From a virus (Duplodnaviria > Caudoviricetes), in the IMG/VR virus record IMGVR_UViG_3300038316_000066, positions 1 through 32,075 of that record: a DNA stretch of 32,075 bases, one strand, 5' to 3'. The notes beneath the pieces are model-generated. The model had not been told where the DNA came from. It made no database searches and saw nothing but the letters and a program-made list of their open reading frames with translations. Position 1 is the stretch's first letter. Every line of letters starts with the position of its first letter. Made by a program: the position numbers and the translations under genes. This document shows, piece by piece, positions 1-9,437 of this stretch.

Positions 1-1747
1 CGTTGCCGTAATCGGTATAATAGCTTGTATACTCGTTATTGTTGTCTTTGCCGGAGCTGGAATGGGTATATGGCTGAGACAATGTAATACCAGTATCAGG
101 GCCTAATGAAATAAATTGATTGCCACTGTTAACTTCGAAGCCACGGTCTGAACCTAAAAATATTCCAGCGTTCCCAAGCTGCATAGCCGAATAGTTTGTA
201 CCGTCGGTTGTCCGTGCTATTATTTGTTCGTCCACAATATTATTGTTAGAATCATATCCTGTATAAAGGTCAATGGTGCTTTTACCGGATTTATTGGTTA
301 TTACCATATCACTGTTTTTAGGATAAGCTGACGCGCCTGTCCCCACCCATTCGTCAAAAAATATGCCGCCTAAAAGATCTGAATTTTTATAGATCGATAG
401 TCCAGTCCCCGTTTGGCTTACTCCTTGCGCTTGATAGGTGTTATCACCAATGATGGCATAATGGTCTGCACTTGCGTTGTAAATCTTCTGTACTTTCAGG
501 TTATTTGTGTCAATCCTGTCCGCGCTTATCGTCCCGGTTAGAATATTGCTGGCGTTAATAATTGTTGTGCCAGCTTGTGCAAGGTTTGCAATAGTCACAT
601 ATCCGTTTAAAGCAATCTTTGAAGCATCAACTCTTACGGTTTCTGCTGATTGATTTATTGCAGAAATGATTGTGTCTTTGCTAACCTTGCCGTTCATATC
701 AGTAGTATAAGTTGTTTGAGATACTTTGCTCTGTATGTCGTTAGCATTCTGGGAAATTTGCGATTGCGATTGCGTAAGGCCGGTAGTAAGAGTGCCTATC
801 TTATCGTTAAAATCTTTGTCTGCTTCGCAATAATCAGTAACTTTGTTTCCAAATTCAAATTTGGGGCGTGCAATGTCTATGTATGTACCGTCTGTATATG
901 TTAAGTCTTTGATGTCTATAGCACGTATAGATGTATCTTCTACCGTCGCAGTAGCGTATGCACGGTATAAACCGTTCCCTAAGTCCTTAATCGTCGCTGC
1001 GACAACATTTTGTTTGCCGTTATTGATTTCATAAAAATTGAAGCTGAATTTTAATGTCGTGCTGTCTGCCTTAAAATAAAAGCTTTCAGTATATATACCG
1101 CCGTGAATAGTATCAACATTTGTATTTTGAAGTATTTCAGCTACATTTGAATTCAGCGGTACTCTATAGAACCCATCTCCTACATCTGTAGCATCTGTGC
1201 TTGAATTTTCGCTCCAGCCGTGCAAGGTAGGCAGTGTAGCGCTATCATGCAATAGCTGTACAGCGCCTATGCTTATTCCATCAATAGAAGCTTGCACATC
1301 TTGTTCTGTCATTTTTGTGCTTAACTCATCTTTAAGAGCGTTTATTTGCACCTGTATATTATCGTTTTTTGCTGACTGATTGAGAAAAGCATAGAAAATA
1401 TCGTCGTCTACCAGCGTAACTTTGAGTGTCAATCTATCGACGTTGAAATTAGTATAAGCAGTGTTTGGAAGCGTGAATGAGCACGCATATTGTCCTGTTA
1501 CTGCTGTCATATCAGAATTAACTGTAAATTGTGCTGCACCGGAAAAAGCATCAACAACTGTGCCTTCTGCACTTGCGCCATTTGCGCCAGCGTAAAGCGT
1601 AGGAACGCAGCCGGTTAAATCAATCGGTTTCCTGTCTTTGTCGAGGAAAAATACTATGATAGTCTGAGGCCATGCGTTGCCTTGCATGGATATGACTTTT
1701 GCTATACCGCTATCCTGCATTTGTAGTATGATTGCTCCGTTCGCCAA
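1..1747 (-). CDS. Tail fibre/receptor-binding protein, N-terminal part (BppU-like N-terminus, CBM-like insert, gp58-like stalk); runs off the window edge
   Basis: Absent from the ORF track because it has no stop in the window. Hand translation from TTG at 1747 (GGGAG RBS) is open to base 1 (~582 aa): MANGAIILQMQDSG...DKDRKPIDLTGCVPTLYA...IISAINQSAETVRVDASKIALNG...ILTGTISADRIDT. Follows the baseplate genes. Confidence 0.8.
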   Translation of the reverse strand, partial: MANGAIILQMQDSGIAKVISMQGNAWPQTIIVFFLDKDRKPIDLTGCVPTLYAGANGASAEGTVVDAFSGAAQFTVNSDMTAVTGQYACSFTLPNTAYTNFNVDRLTLKVTLVDDDIFYAFLNQSAKNDNIQVQINALKDELSTKMTEQDVQASIDGISIGAVQLLHDSATLPTLHGWSENSSTDATDVGDGFYRVPLNSNVAEILQNTNVDTIHGGIYTESFYFKADSTTLKFSFNFYEINNGKQNVVAATIKDLGNGLYRAYATATVEDTSIRAIDIKDLTYTDGTYIDIARPKFEFGNKVTDYCEADKDFNDKIGTLTTGLTQSQSQISQNANDIQSKVSQTTYTTDMNGKVSKDTIISAINQSAETVRVDASKIALNGYVTIANLAQAGTTIINASNILTGTISADRIDTNNLKVQKIYNASADHYAIIGDNTYQAQGVSQTGTGLSIYKNSDLLGGIFFDEWVGTGASAYPKNSDMVITNKSGKSTIDLYTGYDSNNNIVDEQIIARTTDGTNYSAMQLGNAGIFLGSDRGFEVNSGNQFISLGPDTGITLSQPYTHSSSGKDNNNEYTSYYTDYGN

Positions 1748-1760
1748 TTATCTCACTCCC

Positions 1761-2336
1761 TCAGAAGTTGTTACGTATAGGAAGCCAATATCCATCTGAC
1801 CAACCGCTGAAAACTTCGTTGCCTAAGCCCCATGAAAACACCTTTTCGTTTGCCACATTAACAGTCATAGATACGCCCTCCGGCCGAGGGATAATCATAT
1901 CATGTTCAAGTTCATCTTTTATTAGCGATGACGTCTTGCCAAAGACTATTACTTCCATTGACATATCTTGATTATCTATAATTATGAAATATAGCCCCAT
2001 GTTACCTAACAGCGACTGTAAAAGATTCATTAAGTTCGGAATAGTACCATCAAAATGTTCTTTTATGATAGCTACTTTTAAAATCAGCCTGTAATTTTCA
2101 TCGTCCATTATTGGACTAACGCCGTTTGACGGTTGGAACGGCAGTTTGCGTGGCACACCGAGAATATCACCTAATTTGTCAAGCTGTATACCTACCACCT
2201 TGTCAATATCAAAGCGATTGTGTAAATCATTTAAACAGTTTTGGGCGCTCTGTAACGGTTTTACAGCAGCTGCAAGCCATGCCATAAATTTAGGTTGCTG
2301 CCTGTGTTCTGGAATTGCAAGTTTTGAGTAATCCAT
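1761..2336 (-). CDS. Baseplate wedge protein (DUF2612/Mu gp48-like)
   Basis: FDID..VG.QLD.LG.ILG..R and MDDENYRLILK motifs, IIPRPEGV near the C-terminus; directly downstream of baseplate J. Confidence 0.8.
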   Translation of the reverse strand: MDYSKLAIPEHRQQPKFMAWLAAAVKPLQSAQNCLNDLHNRFDIDKVVGIQLDKLGDILGVPRKLPFQPSNGVSPIMDDENYRLILKVAIIKEHFDGTIPNLMNLLQSLLGNMGLYFIIIDNQDMSMEVIVFGKTSSLIKDELEHDMIIPRPEGVSMTVNVANEKVFSWGLGNEVFSGWSDGYWLPIRNNF

Positions 2337-3509
2337 TATAATCCTCCTGTTACCGCTATAGTGCCTGCTTTCGCAACTTCATTCCATGCGATACTAAACT
2401 GTATCCCCGCCTGTTTTACCGCTCTTAGAAACGGTTATAGAGGAAATGCGGAAGGACGGTGCTTGCTGGTCGTCCATCGCTGAAAGAGCAGGATAATATA
2501 ATGAAGAAGCTTCTACAGAATTGCCGATATCCATTGTGTTCAAATATTCTTTGATGTTTGAAATAATATCGCTTTGTACGGCCGTTGTATAATTGGAAGT
2601 CAGCAAAACAACTGTAACATTAACTTCAATCTCTATTTCTGTCGGCCTTGAAAAGTTTGTACTGCCGCCAACTGAGAATTGCGACGGAAGCATAGTCTGA
2701 GTAGTGCCGTATGTTCCGCAGCCAACAGTTTTCGCTTTGGCTATTGCAGCAGCGACTTCTTCGTCTGTTCCGCCCTCAACAACAGGCGCTATTGAGTGTG
2801 ACGGTATTCCGTTCGCATCTGTAGTGTTTGTGTAGTTCTCATATACTCTTGAGCGAGAAACACCATCTATTGCACGTATAGCCGCTTGTGTTGCGTTCAA
2901 TGGCGTTTGCGCAGGCAAGTCAACGCTGATACTTTGTCGCTTCCTTAGCTGCGTATCTGTTTCAGTATCAACACCAGGCTTTGCCGCTTCTGCATTTGAT
3001 ACTGAGTACCAGCCATATTGCGGTGTATTGATAGCCTGTATCGTTCCAACACCAGCCATAATGCTTCCTGGTATTTCGCTTGTTGCAGTACATGATAATA
3101 CACCAGAAGCAGGGATTTTTACGCTGGGCGGTAAATCCCACTTTTGATTAGACGTATCTTGCACGACGCCGTTTACAATTTCTGTGCCAGGTTCTCCTAT
3201 GCAGGTTATTTGCACCGTTGAATATGTAGCAGCAGCGCGTGAAATGCCGTTTAGCTTAACAATACTATCAAGGCCTGTACCTATCGCTGTCTGTGGGGAT
3301 TGATTATTATATGCGAGTCGGCAGCACTGGAAAGCGTCATAAAGCACTTTTGAAATTGTTGCAATATATTGCATGTCTTGACTGTCATTTTCAAGATATA
3401 TGTCTTGTCCAAAAATAGACTTTGCTTTTTCTATCAAATAGTTTTGAATGTCTGGAAAGTCTGGAATGTGCAAGCCGTTTATATCTACAAAAGGTTCAAA
3501 ATAAGACAT
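2336..3509 (-). CDS. Baseplate J/Mu gp47-like wedge protein with an apparent +1 frameshift near the C-terminus
   Basis: P.TA.G..LD, G.D.ETD..LR.R and VYEN.T...D.NG.P.HSI..VVEGG motifs. The ORF stops at TAG 2394-2396, but the +1 frame continues SIAWNEVAKAGTIAVTGGL to a TAA overlapping the next ATG (TAATG at 2334-2338). Confidence 0.85.
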
Positions 3510-3856
3510 TATGTTACCTCCGCTGAAACAGTTCCAAATTCCGTATTTACAGTCGCATACATTGTGTATTTACGGTACACTGATATTTCACTCTGGAACG
3601 TTTGAATACCTGTTACATACGGCGTTTCAAGTATCCGTGCTTTTACTGCCATATCAATAGCATTTTTATCAAAAGAACCTGCCATCTTTTGAAAGAATGG
3701 CAGGCCATCGTTTAAATCTTCCCAATATTCATTTTTGAACATTTTTAGCTTCGTTTGAATAGCCTGCCTTACAGCCTCACTGTCACTTACAAAACAGGTA
3801 TTCCCAAAGCCAAAAGTGTAATCTCCTGTAGGTGAAAGCGTGCGGTATTTAATCAT
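3509..3856 (-). CDS. Baseplate sheath-initiator protein (gp25/Mu gp46-like)
   Basis: MIKYRTLS.TGDYTFG...AV.QAI.TKL.....E.W.DL..G.P pattern; ATG at 3856 follows an AAAGGA RBS (the ORF-track start 3913 overlaps the upstream gene). Confidence 0.75.
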   Translation of the reverse strand: MIKYRTLSPTGDYTFGFGNTCFVSDSEAVRQAIQTKLKMFKNEYWEDLNDGLPFFQKMAGSFDKNAIDMAVKARILETPYVTGIQTFQSEISVYRKYTMYATVNTEFGTVSAEVT

Positions 3857-3870
3857 GTATATCAGTCCTT

Positions 3871-4791
3871 TTAATGGTGCGCAAGATATTGTCCATTGCA
3901 GAACATCGCCCATTCGGCATCACGGCGGTGTACAAGGCCACCGAGCACTTTTCCATGAACGTGGCAATATTCTTCAAAGTCAACCTTTAGCTTCGCGCTG
4001 GAAGCGTGAGCGCGTATATCATGCTCAAGTGTAGAGCCTTGCAATGCGCCTGCGCCGACGTTATAACAAAAGTCTACCAGCGCATCAAACTCATTCTGCT
4101 TTAGTTTGAAATCACTGAATATTCTCTTTACAGAATTGATGTATGATGTTAAATCACTGTTTAGCAATGCTTTGCCTTGAGCTTTTGTCATCGGATTTGC
4201 GCCTGTCCACGGCTGTGTAAATGTATGTCCATATCCTATCGTCCATGTTCCACCACTGTCAGTGTATGGTACAGAGCTCCAGCCTTCATAACTGATTATA
4301 AATGCAATTAGTGCATCGCTAACGCCTGTTCCATTGTTTGCTGTAGAAGCTATAATATCGCCATATGTTGTCGATTGACTTGCTGCTGCGCCAAACCCAA
4401 CAAGCGCTACAGCATTTTTCATATCGTGCATTGTAAGTATTTCTTGATTTTGTGCTGTAGGCGTTCCTGAGGCGTTTTGGCCGCCTTGTTTTATCCACCC
4501 TGAAATATCCTTGTCACAATAGATTATCAGCACAGACTGTCCTACTTGCGGCGTTGAGCCGCTTACTGTTAAATATGGCGTGTCTGGTATCTCAGGCGGT
4601 TCTTTCCAGCTTGTTTTACCTGCACTGTCAACTATCCTGTCGCGGATAATAGGCTTGACTGTAATAAGGTTATCGTCGCCTACAGCAGTTATTACGCCAA
4701 TGTCAGCAACATGTAAATCAGCAAAAACGCTGTTTTTTAGCTCATCAAATATAGCTTGCTGAATATCACTACGCTCTGAAAGAGAAATCAT
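3871..4791 (-). CDS. Baseplate spike (Gp138/gp45-type N-terminal OB domain) fused to a GH24 phage lysozyme
   Basis: N-terminal IG.I...ITVKP.I...V.IIYCDKDI..W and MHDM.NAVALVG; C-terminal YEG...PY.DSGG.WTIGYG, QNEFDALVDFCYNVG.G and GL..RR.AE lysozyme signature. Confidence 0.8.
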   Translation of the reverse strand: MISLSERSDIQQAIFDELKNSVFADLHVADIGVITAVGDDNLITVKPIIRDRIVDSAGKTSWKEPPEIPDTPYLTVSGSTPQVGQSVLIIYCDKDISGWIKQGGQNASGTPTAQNQEILTMHDMKNAVALVGFGAAASQSTTYGDIIASTANNGTGVSDALIAFIISYEGWSSVPYTDSGGTWTIGYGHTFTQPWTGANPMTKAQGKALLNSDLTSYINSVKRIFSDFKLKQNEFDALVDFCYNVGAGALQGSTLEHDIRAHASSAKLKVDFEEYCHVHGKVLGGLVHRRDAEWAMFCNGQYLAHH

Positions 4792-4846
4792 TATATCGCC
4801 TCTTTTGGGTATAATAAAATGACGTGCTCGTACATAAGCAAAAGCA

Positions 4847-4875
4847 TTGACAAATTATAGCTAAATGCCTATAAT
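4847..4875 (+). promoter_or_regulatory. Consensus sigmaA promoter of the membrane moron
   Basis: TTGACA (4847-4852), 17 bp, TATAAT (4870-4875); GAGGTG RBS at 4883-4888; ATG at 4895. Confidence 0.85.
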
Positions 4876-4894
4876 TCTCCCTGAGGTGTTTTCT

Positions 4895-5512
4895 ATGGAA
4901 AAATATCTTGACAATAGTAAACATAAAAAGGCAGTAAAAATAATAGCCTTGTGTGCTGTGCTTTTTATAGTCGGATTTATTTTAGGCGTCATAGGCTGGC
5001 AACCTTTCTTAGTCTATATAATAGCAATTTTGGTCATAGTCGCAATAAAGTTATGTAAAAGGTGTAAGGTCGCAGCTATTATTGCTGGGATTGTTGGAGC
5101 TTTTTTTGTATATGTGCTTATTAAAGGCTCTATAAGTATGCCAATACAAAATGCGCAGGGAAATGCTGTTGCAGATACTGAGCAATATATTCAAAGCAAT
5201 TATCCGGATTTTAAAGATTGTAAGTTTGAAGATAGCACTGTTTCTGTTGATGACATGGATAACAGCGAGTATGTTGTAAACGGTGAAATGAAAGATAACG
5301 GAGGGTGGAAACATTCTGTAAAAAGTGGGGTACAAATATCGCCGAATGAGCAAAAATTTATTATGTGTTATCTTTTTATAGATGGGCAGCAATATGTTTG
5401 GAATGCGCCGAGACAAAATGTAAACAGTTCAAATCCAAACACATGTTACAATTCAAACTATGCAGATGGTGCACAAGTAACTGTCGTACCAGATACTAAT
5501 TCAGGGGATTGA
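4895..5512 (+). CDS. Moron: 3-TM membrane protein with predicted extracytoplasmic domain (candidate superinfection exclusion protein)
   Basis: Opposite strand to tail genes, with its own promoter, RBS and terminator. 205 aa with three hydrophobic segments and a basic KLCKRCK loop. C-terminal YNSNYADGAQVTVVP matches the tape measure protein. Confidence 0.8.
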   Translation: MEKYLDNSKHKKAVKIIALCAVLFIVGFILGVIGWQPFLVYIIAILVIVAIKLCKRCKVAAIIAGIVGAFFVYVLIKGSISMPIQNAQGNAVADTEQYIQSNYPDFKDCKFEDSTVSVDDMDNSEYVVNGEMKDNGGWKHSVKSGVQISPNEQKFIMCYLFIDGQQYVWNAPRQNVNSSNPNTCYNSNYADGAQVTVVPDTNSGD

Positions 5513-5532
5513 ATAATTTATCGGGATATTAT

Positions 5533-5562
5533 AAAAGCGCTGCTTAATGCAGCGCCTTTTTT
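5533..5562. terminator. Bidirectional intrinsic terminator
   Basis: AAAA-GCGCTGC-TTAAT-GCAGCGC-CTTTTTT between the convergent moron and hub genes. Confidence 0.8.
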
Positions 5563-6643
5563 AGTTTGCCGTATAGCTTGGATTTGTCAACATAGACATT
5601 ACATTACCTCCTTGGTCTACAGCGGTAATGTCAGAATACCATTCATTTCCTCTTGTATCGCCTGTAAAGGTGATAGAGCATATCCGGTATATGCCGTTCG
5701 GGTCAAGCGTATATGGGAATGTAATACCTTGTGAATAAGAGCCTATCTGCGCCATCTGCTCAGTGATATATTTGCTTGCAATATGAATGAGCCCATAAGG
5801 CGTGAGCTTTGGATTAAGCAGGCAGCGTGCCTGTACGCCATAGTTAACTTGCTGTGGATTTCCGAGAAGTCCTGTCAGCGGATTTAATTCAACAGCACTT
5901 GGTCGATTGTATGGGCTTGGCACTTTGTTCGCAGAATCAGAATAGGAAAACATATATAGCTTACCATTGTCTATAAACCATGTGCCATTGATTGTTTTTG
6001 CTATATCAGCAAGCGTCTTTTTGGGCTGTCCATATACAGCCCCGCCTTTTGACATTACGATTTTGTCGAGAGAAGGGCTTGCATATCCTAAAGATACTGG
6101 GCTTGACGCTTTATTGCATATGTTGTTTACGACCTGCCTTGCTGTCTGCCCTTTGGCATATGTGAACGAACAAAAGCCTTCATTCAAAAATTGGTCGCCG
6201 TCAATAGCGAGTATGTTTAAGACAAAATCAGTACCGTTTACCTTAGCACGTGTGTACATAATTACTGTACCATCAAATATCTGTCCGCATATGCCATTTT
6301 TGTAGCCTGCCTCAACAATAACTCTATAGCCTTCCTGAATTATTGAGTTTTCAGTTTCAGCACTAAGGTTATAAATAGAAATAACGGCTTGATTTGGATA
6401 GTACATTGCGCAACGGCGTATTTGAAATTGAACACGCAGGTCGGAAACATCAAGCACTTTATCTGTATTTTTTTCTTTTGCAAACTCTTGATAATAGCTT
6501 TGTGCGTTTTTGCTGTTTGTACTTACGGCTTGAGTATGATGATATATTTTTATCCGGTAATCACGTATCCAGTCGAGGGAAGAAGCTAATGCCTTATTTT
6601 CAGGCACATAAGTTACGTTTGTGTCTGACACATCGTTTGCCAT
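5561..6643 (-). CDS. Baseplate hub protein (Mu gp44/T4 gp27-like)
   Basis: ISIYNLS.ET, V.VEAGY...G.IFDG.V, L.AIDGD, L.P.TGL.G.P, CLLNP.L and GDTRGNEWY motifs; ATG 6643 overlaps the upstream TAA. Confidence 0.8.
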   Translation of the reverse strand: MANDVSDTNVTYVPENKALASSLDWIRDYRIKIYHHTQAVSTNSKNAQSYYQEFAKEKNTDKVLDVSDLRVQFQIRRCAMYYPNQAVISIYNLSAETENSIIQEGYRVIVEAGYKNGICGQIFDGTVIMYTRAKVNGTDFVLNILAIDGDQFLNEGFCSFTYAKGQTARQVVNNICNKASSPVSLGYASPSLDKIVMSKGGAVYGQPKKTLADIAKTINGTWFIDNGKLYMFSYSDSANKVPSPYNRPSAVELNPLTGLLGNPQQVNYGVQARCLLNPKLTPYGLIHIASKYITEQMAQIGSYSQGITFPYTLDPNGIYRICSITFTGDTRGNEWYSDITAVDQGGNVMSMLTNPSYTAN

Positions 6644-6963
6644 TATTCTAACTCCCACAATAATTTAAAATTCTGCCCTATATTGTTCGCATCAGGGTTT
6701 TCTATCGTCGGGTCGCCTATATTGATTAAGTACAGGCTTCCAATCTTCAAATATTGATACTGTTCCAGCAAATCATGCCCGCAAAGCAACGGAATGCCTA
6801 ACACAAGCGGTTCCGATTCTTGATTGTAAATGCTTATTGTCCAATAGCCGGCTTGTTCATTCCATGACTGCGTAATTATAAACGTGATATTATGATTATC
6901 TCCTGGGATTTCGAGAGAATATGTTTGATTTGGCAGATTAGTTAGAGCAATTTCATTTACCAT
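6643..6963 (-). CDS. Small baseplate (plug-type) protein
   Basis: PNQT...WNE.AGYW....PL..GIPL..G.DLL.QY.YL.IG pattern; GGAGG RBS; located between Dit-like and hub genes. Confidence 0.7.
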   Translation of the reverse strand: MVNEIALTNLPNQTYSLEIPGDNHNITFIITQSWNEQAGYWTISIYNQESEPLVLGIPLLCGHDLLEQYQYLKIGSLYLINIGDPTIENPDANNIGQNFKLLWELE

Positions 6964-6964
6964 A

Positions 6965-7711
6965 TCATTCTCCCCCTCCTCCGACATAAAGCAACTGCTG
7001 ATAATTAAGCGTCGACTTACCTAAATGAAATGTTGTAGCATTTGCTATATTGCTCGGTATTATTGGCGTAATTGTGTACTGAAATAGTGCATCGTTTTTC
7101 CCTTTGCTTGAAGAAAATTTATTGAAATAATCTTCAATCGAATATGTTTTGCCGTTGTATGTTGCTGTTCGCACAAAGTCGAAAGGAATAGTTATTTTGT
7201 GCGTTTTACTTGACGGCGTAGTCGTTTTAGCGCCTGCATTGTTTTTATTTGTCGTTTGTGCATCGGACGATTGCTTAGCTGTCACTGGAATATCTGTAGC
7301 AGCTACAGTAATGATTTCTTGGAATAGCACTGTAGCTTTCATGCCAAACATTGTGTGCTTGTCTTTCGTCACTACAAAGCTTTTAATAAGCATATTGTTA
7401 TACTGCTTAAATGACGTCGTAATAGTAAGCAGTGTAGTATTTCTCCATAATGATTCAAGCACTTCAAAAGCCGATGTACTCCTGCCGGCAGAAGAGCTAA
7501 ATTGCCCTGAAATAACGCTCCCTAAGCAATCTGACATCCCAACATCCCACATGAATGTAACGGGTTGGTGATATACATGGTCGTTAATGTTTGCGCCCTC
7601 TTGCACTGGGTTTTGAGTGATTTCATTTGTAAACGTGTGAGTCTCTTTAAAAGTAACGTCCATGTAGTAAGATATGCCATTTTGGGTGTTTGTAATAATT
7701 ACAAGCGACAT
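6965..7711 (-). CDS. Dit-like/tube-initiator baseplate protein
   Basis: E.H....IT.NPV..GA.I.DH....P and T....Y.NM.I motifs; immediately downstream of the tape measure gene (TAATG overlap). Confidence 0.75.
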   Translation of the reverse strand: MSLVIITNTQNGISYYMDVTFKETHTFTNEITQNPVQEGANINDHVYHQPVTFMWDVGMSDCLGSVISGQFSSSAGRSTSAFEVLESLWRNTTLLTITTSFKQYNNMLIKSFVVTKDKHTMFGMKATVLFQEIITVAATDIPVTAKQSSDAQTTNKNNAGAKTTTPSSKTHKITIPFDFVRTATYNGKTYSIEDYFNKFSSSKGKNDALFQYTITPIIPSNIANATTFHLGKSTLNYQQLLYVGGGGE

Positions 7712-9189
7712 TACCTTTCAAGTCCTCTCGTATTTCTAATAAGCGCACTACTATTCAAAGCCTGATTAACACCATCATAAGCAGCTTGCCCCACATCTTG
7801 AGCATTTTCTGATTTTGCCGTTATGGCTATATTCGGCGCTACAGTTATCTTTGCACCCTCAGCATAATTAGAATTATAGTAAGAATTTTGTGGAGCATAA
7901 GCGGAAGCACTATCGGATTTTTTCCCGCCTAAAGCATTAAGAATAAAATCTGTGCCTTTGTCTAAGCCTTTAAAAAGGCCGCTGAACATTCCTTTATTTA
8001 ATTCCGCTATATTTGCTTGAATAGTAGCGCCTATTTGCCCCATATCGGCTTTAAACTCATATGCCGGTGTTTGGACATCTTTTGCCCAATCTTCCGCTGC
8101 TTTAGATTCATTCTGAGTGTTATATTGCGATGTGTGCTTTTGTATTTCTTTAAACTGCTTATTTAGCGTCGGATTTAGCGCAATTTCATTAAGGCCTGCT
8201 GTAGTTTTACCCATAGCAGAAAGTGTACTGTTAAGGCCGTATGCAGCGCTATCAGTTATCCATAACTCACGCGCCATCGTTTCAATATTAGTGTTGGCAT
8301 TAGCAAAGCCGTTTGACATTCCCCAAACTGCCTTTGTCATTAAGGCAATTCCAGTAGTGATACCAGCAGCAGCACCTAAAACTCCAAATTTGCTTACGCC
8401 GGCTACTTCGCCGATATCTGCTATTGTATCGTCGGCGCCTTCGGCTGCTGCTTTGTCGCCAAAAATGCTGCTTAATGTTTTCTTAAAGCCACCGGCTTTT
8501 TTATTTGTCTTATCAAAAGAGCCGCTAAGGTTATCCATGTAAGAGTTAAAGTGCTTAGCTCCAGAAGCACCTTGCATAATAGCAGATATGAAATTACCGT
8601 TTTTAGCGTTTACCCAGGCGCGCTCTAAGTCTGAAAAAGATTTCTTGAGATTATTCAGATTTTCTATGTTAACATCGACGTCTGGCTTTTTTGATGTTGT
8701 GCTCTGCTTCTTATGCGGTGTTGCTCTTTTCTGTGTGCTCTCCTGCTTAGTTGTCTGCTCCTGTGCAGGCGCTTCTCTGCGTTTTCTGTTCTTCCGTTCA
8801 TGAGAAGAAGCAGGTGCCTTAGGCTTATGTGAAGGCGTAGGAGGGGGGTCAGCGGTTGTTGTGTGAGGCCTTTTTGGCGGTTTGGAAGGCGGGCTTCCTG
8901 CTGCTTTCTGTGGCTTCTTGCCTTCGCTGCCTTTTTGTTTGCTTTTGTTTAGCTCTTCATTTGCCTTACGAAGTTTGTCGGTACTATCGATTTCGTCTTT
9001 AGTATCTTTAATGCGCTTTTTCTGCGCTTCACTGTGCTTTTGTTCCTGCTTTAAAGTTGATTTATCAGAAACGCCGAGCTCTTTGTTCCTTTTCTCAATC
9101 TCATCTTGAATTTTAAGAAACTTTTGCGCATTTTTGTCATCAAGGTCATACCCTAATGCGATAAGATATTCGTCTATATATTTACCCAT
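7711..9189 (-). CDS. Tape measure protein (short, ~492 aa)
   Basis: IDEYLIALGY N-terminal motif, coiled-coil then K/P-rich linker, Gly/Ala hydrophobic segment; follows the tail chaperones; GGAGG RBS before ATG 9189. Confidence 0.75.
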   Translation of the reverse strand: MGKYIDEYLIALGYDLDDKNAQKFLKIQDEIEKRNKELGVSDKSTLKQEQKHSEAQKKRIKDTKDEIDSTDKLRKANEELNKSKQKGSEGKKPQKAAGSPPSKPPKRPHTTTADPPPTPSHKPKAPASSHERKNRKRREAPAQEQTTKQESTQKRATPHKKQSTTSKKPDVDVNIENLNNLKKSFSDLERAWVNAKNGNFISAIMQGASGAKHFNSYMDNLSGSFDKTNKKAGGFKKTLSSIFGDKAAAEGADDTIADIGEVAGVSKFGVLGAAAGITTGIALMTKAVWGMSNGFANANTNIETMARELWITDSAAYGLNSTLSAMGKTTAGLNEIALNPTLNKQFKEIQKHTSQYNTQNESKAAEDWAKDVQTPAYEFKADMGQIGATIQANIAELNKGMFSGLFKGLDKGTDFILNALGGKKSDSASAYAPQNSYYNSNYAEGAKITVAPNIAITAKSENAQDVGQAAYDGVNQALNSSALIRNTRGLER

Positions 9190-9437
9190 AAATGCGCCTC
9201 CGATTTTCAGCTGCTTCATAATCGCGCCATTTGTTTTCGTTCTCTACGTCCATCATTTCGAGAATATCCAACAAATCAATGAAATTATATGTGCCGTCTT
9301 TTAGCTCTTTCTGCGCCCAATAATGAGCCATTACAGGCGCAAATAAAACAGCATTTACATTTGCAGGATTAGCTACACAATACTGCGCAAGGCGAGGGGA
9401 AAAATTTAGCTTGTTTCGGCCTTCCACCAGTCGTAAA
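9182..9437 (-). CDS. Tail assembly chaperone, frameshift extension (gpT-like part)
   Basis: In the -1 frame relative to the upstream chaperone, entered at a T9 run; ELKDGTY...DLLD..E...VE.EN motif; no clear RBS of its own. Confidence 0.7.

Noticed and set aside
759-776. TTGCGA tandem repeat in the tail fibre gene
   Set aside because: Only 2-3 units encoding QSQSQ; no evidence of phase variation.
949-993. Tail-fibre IKDLGNGLYRA resembles FKNLGNGYCSA in the secreted moron (~24739-24771)
   Set aside because: Short match on a generic beta-hairpin turn common in CBM-like domains; too weak to claim mimicry, unlike the 11/15 tape measure match.
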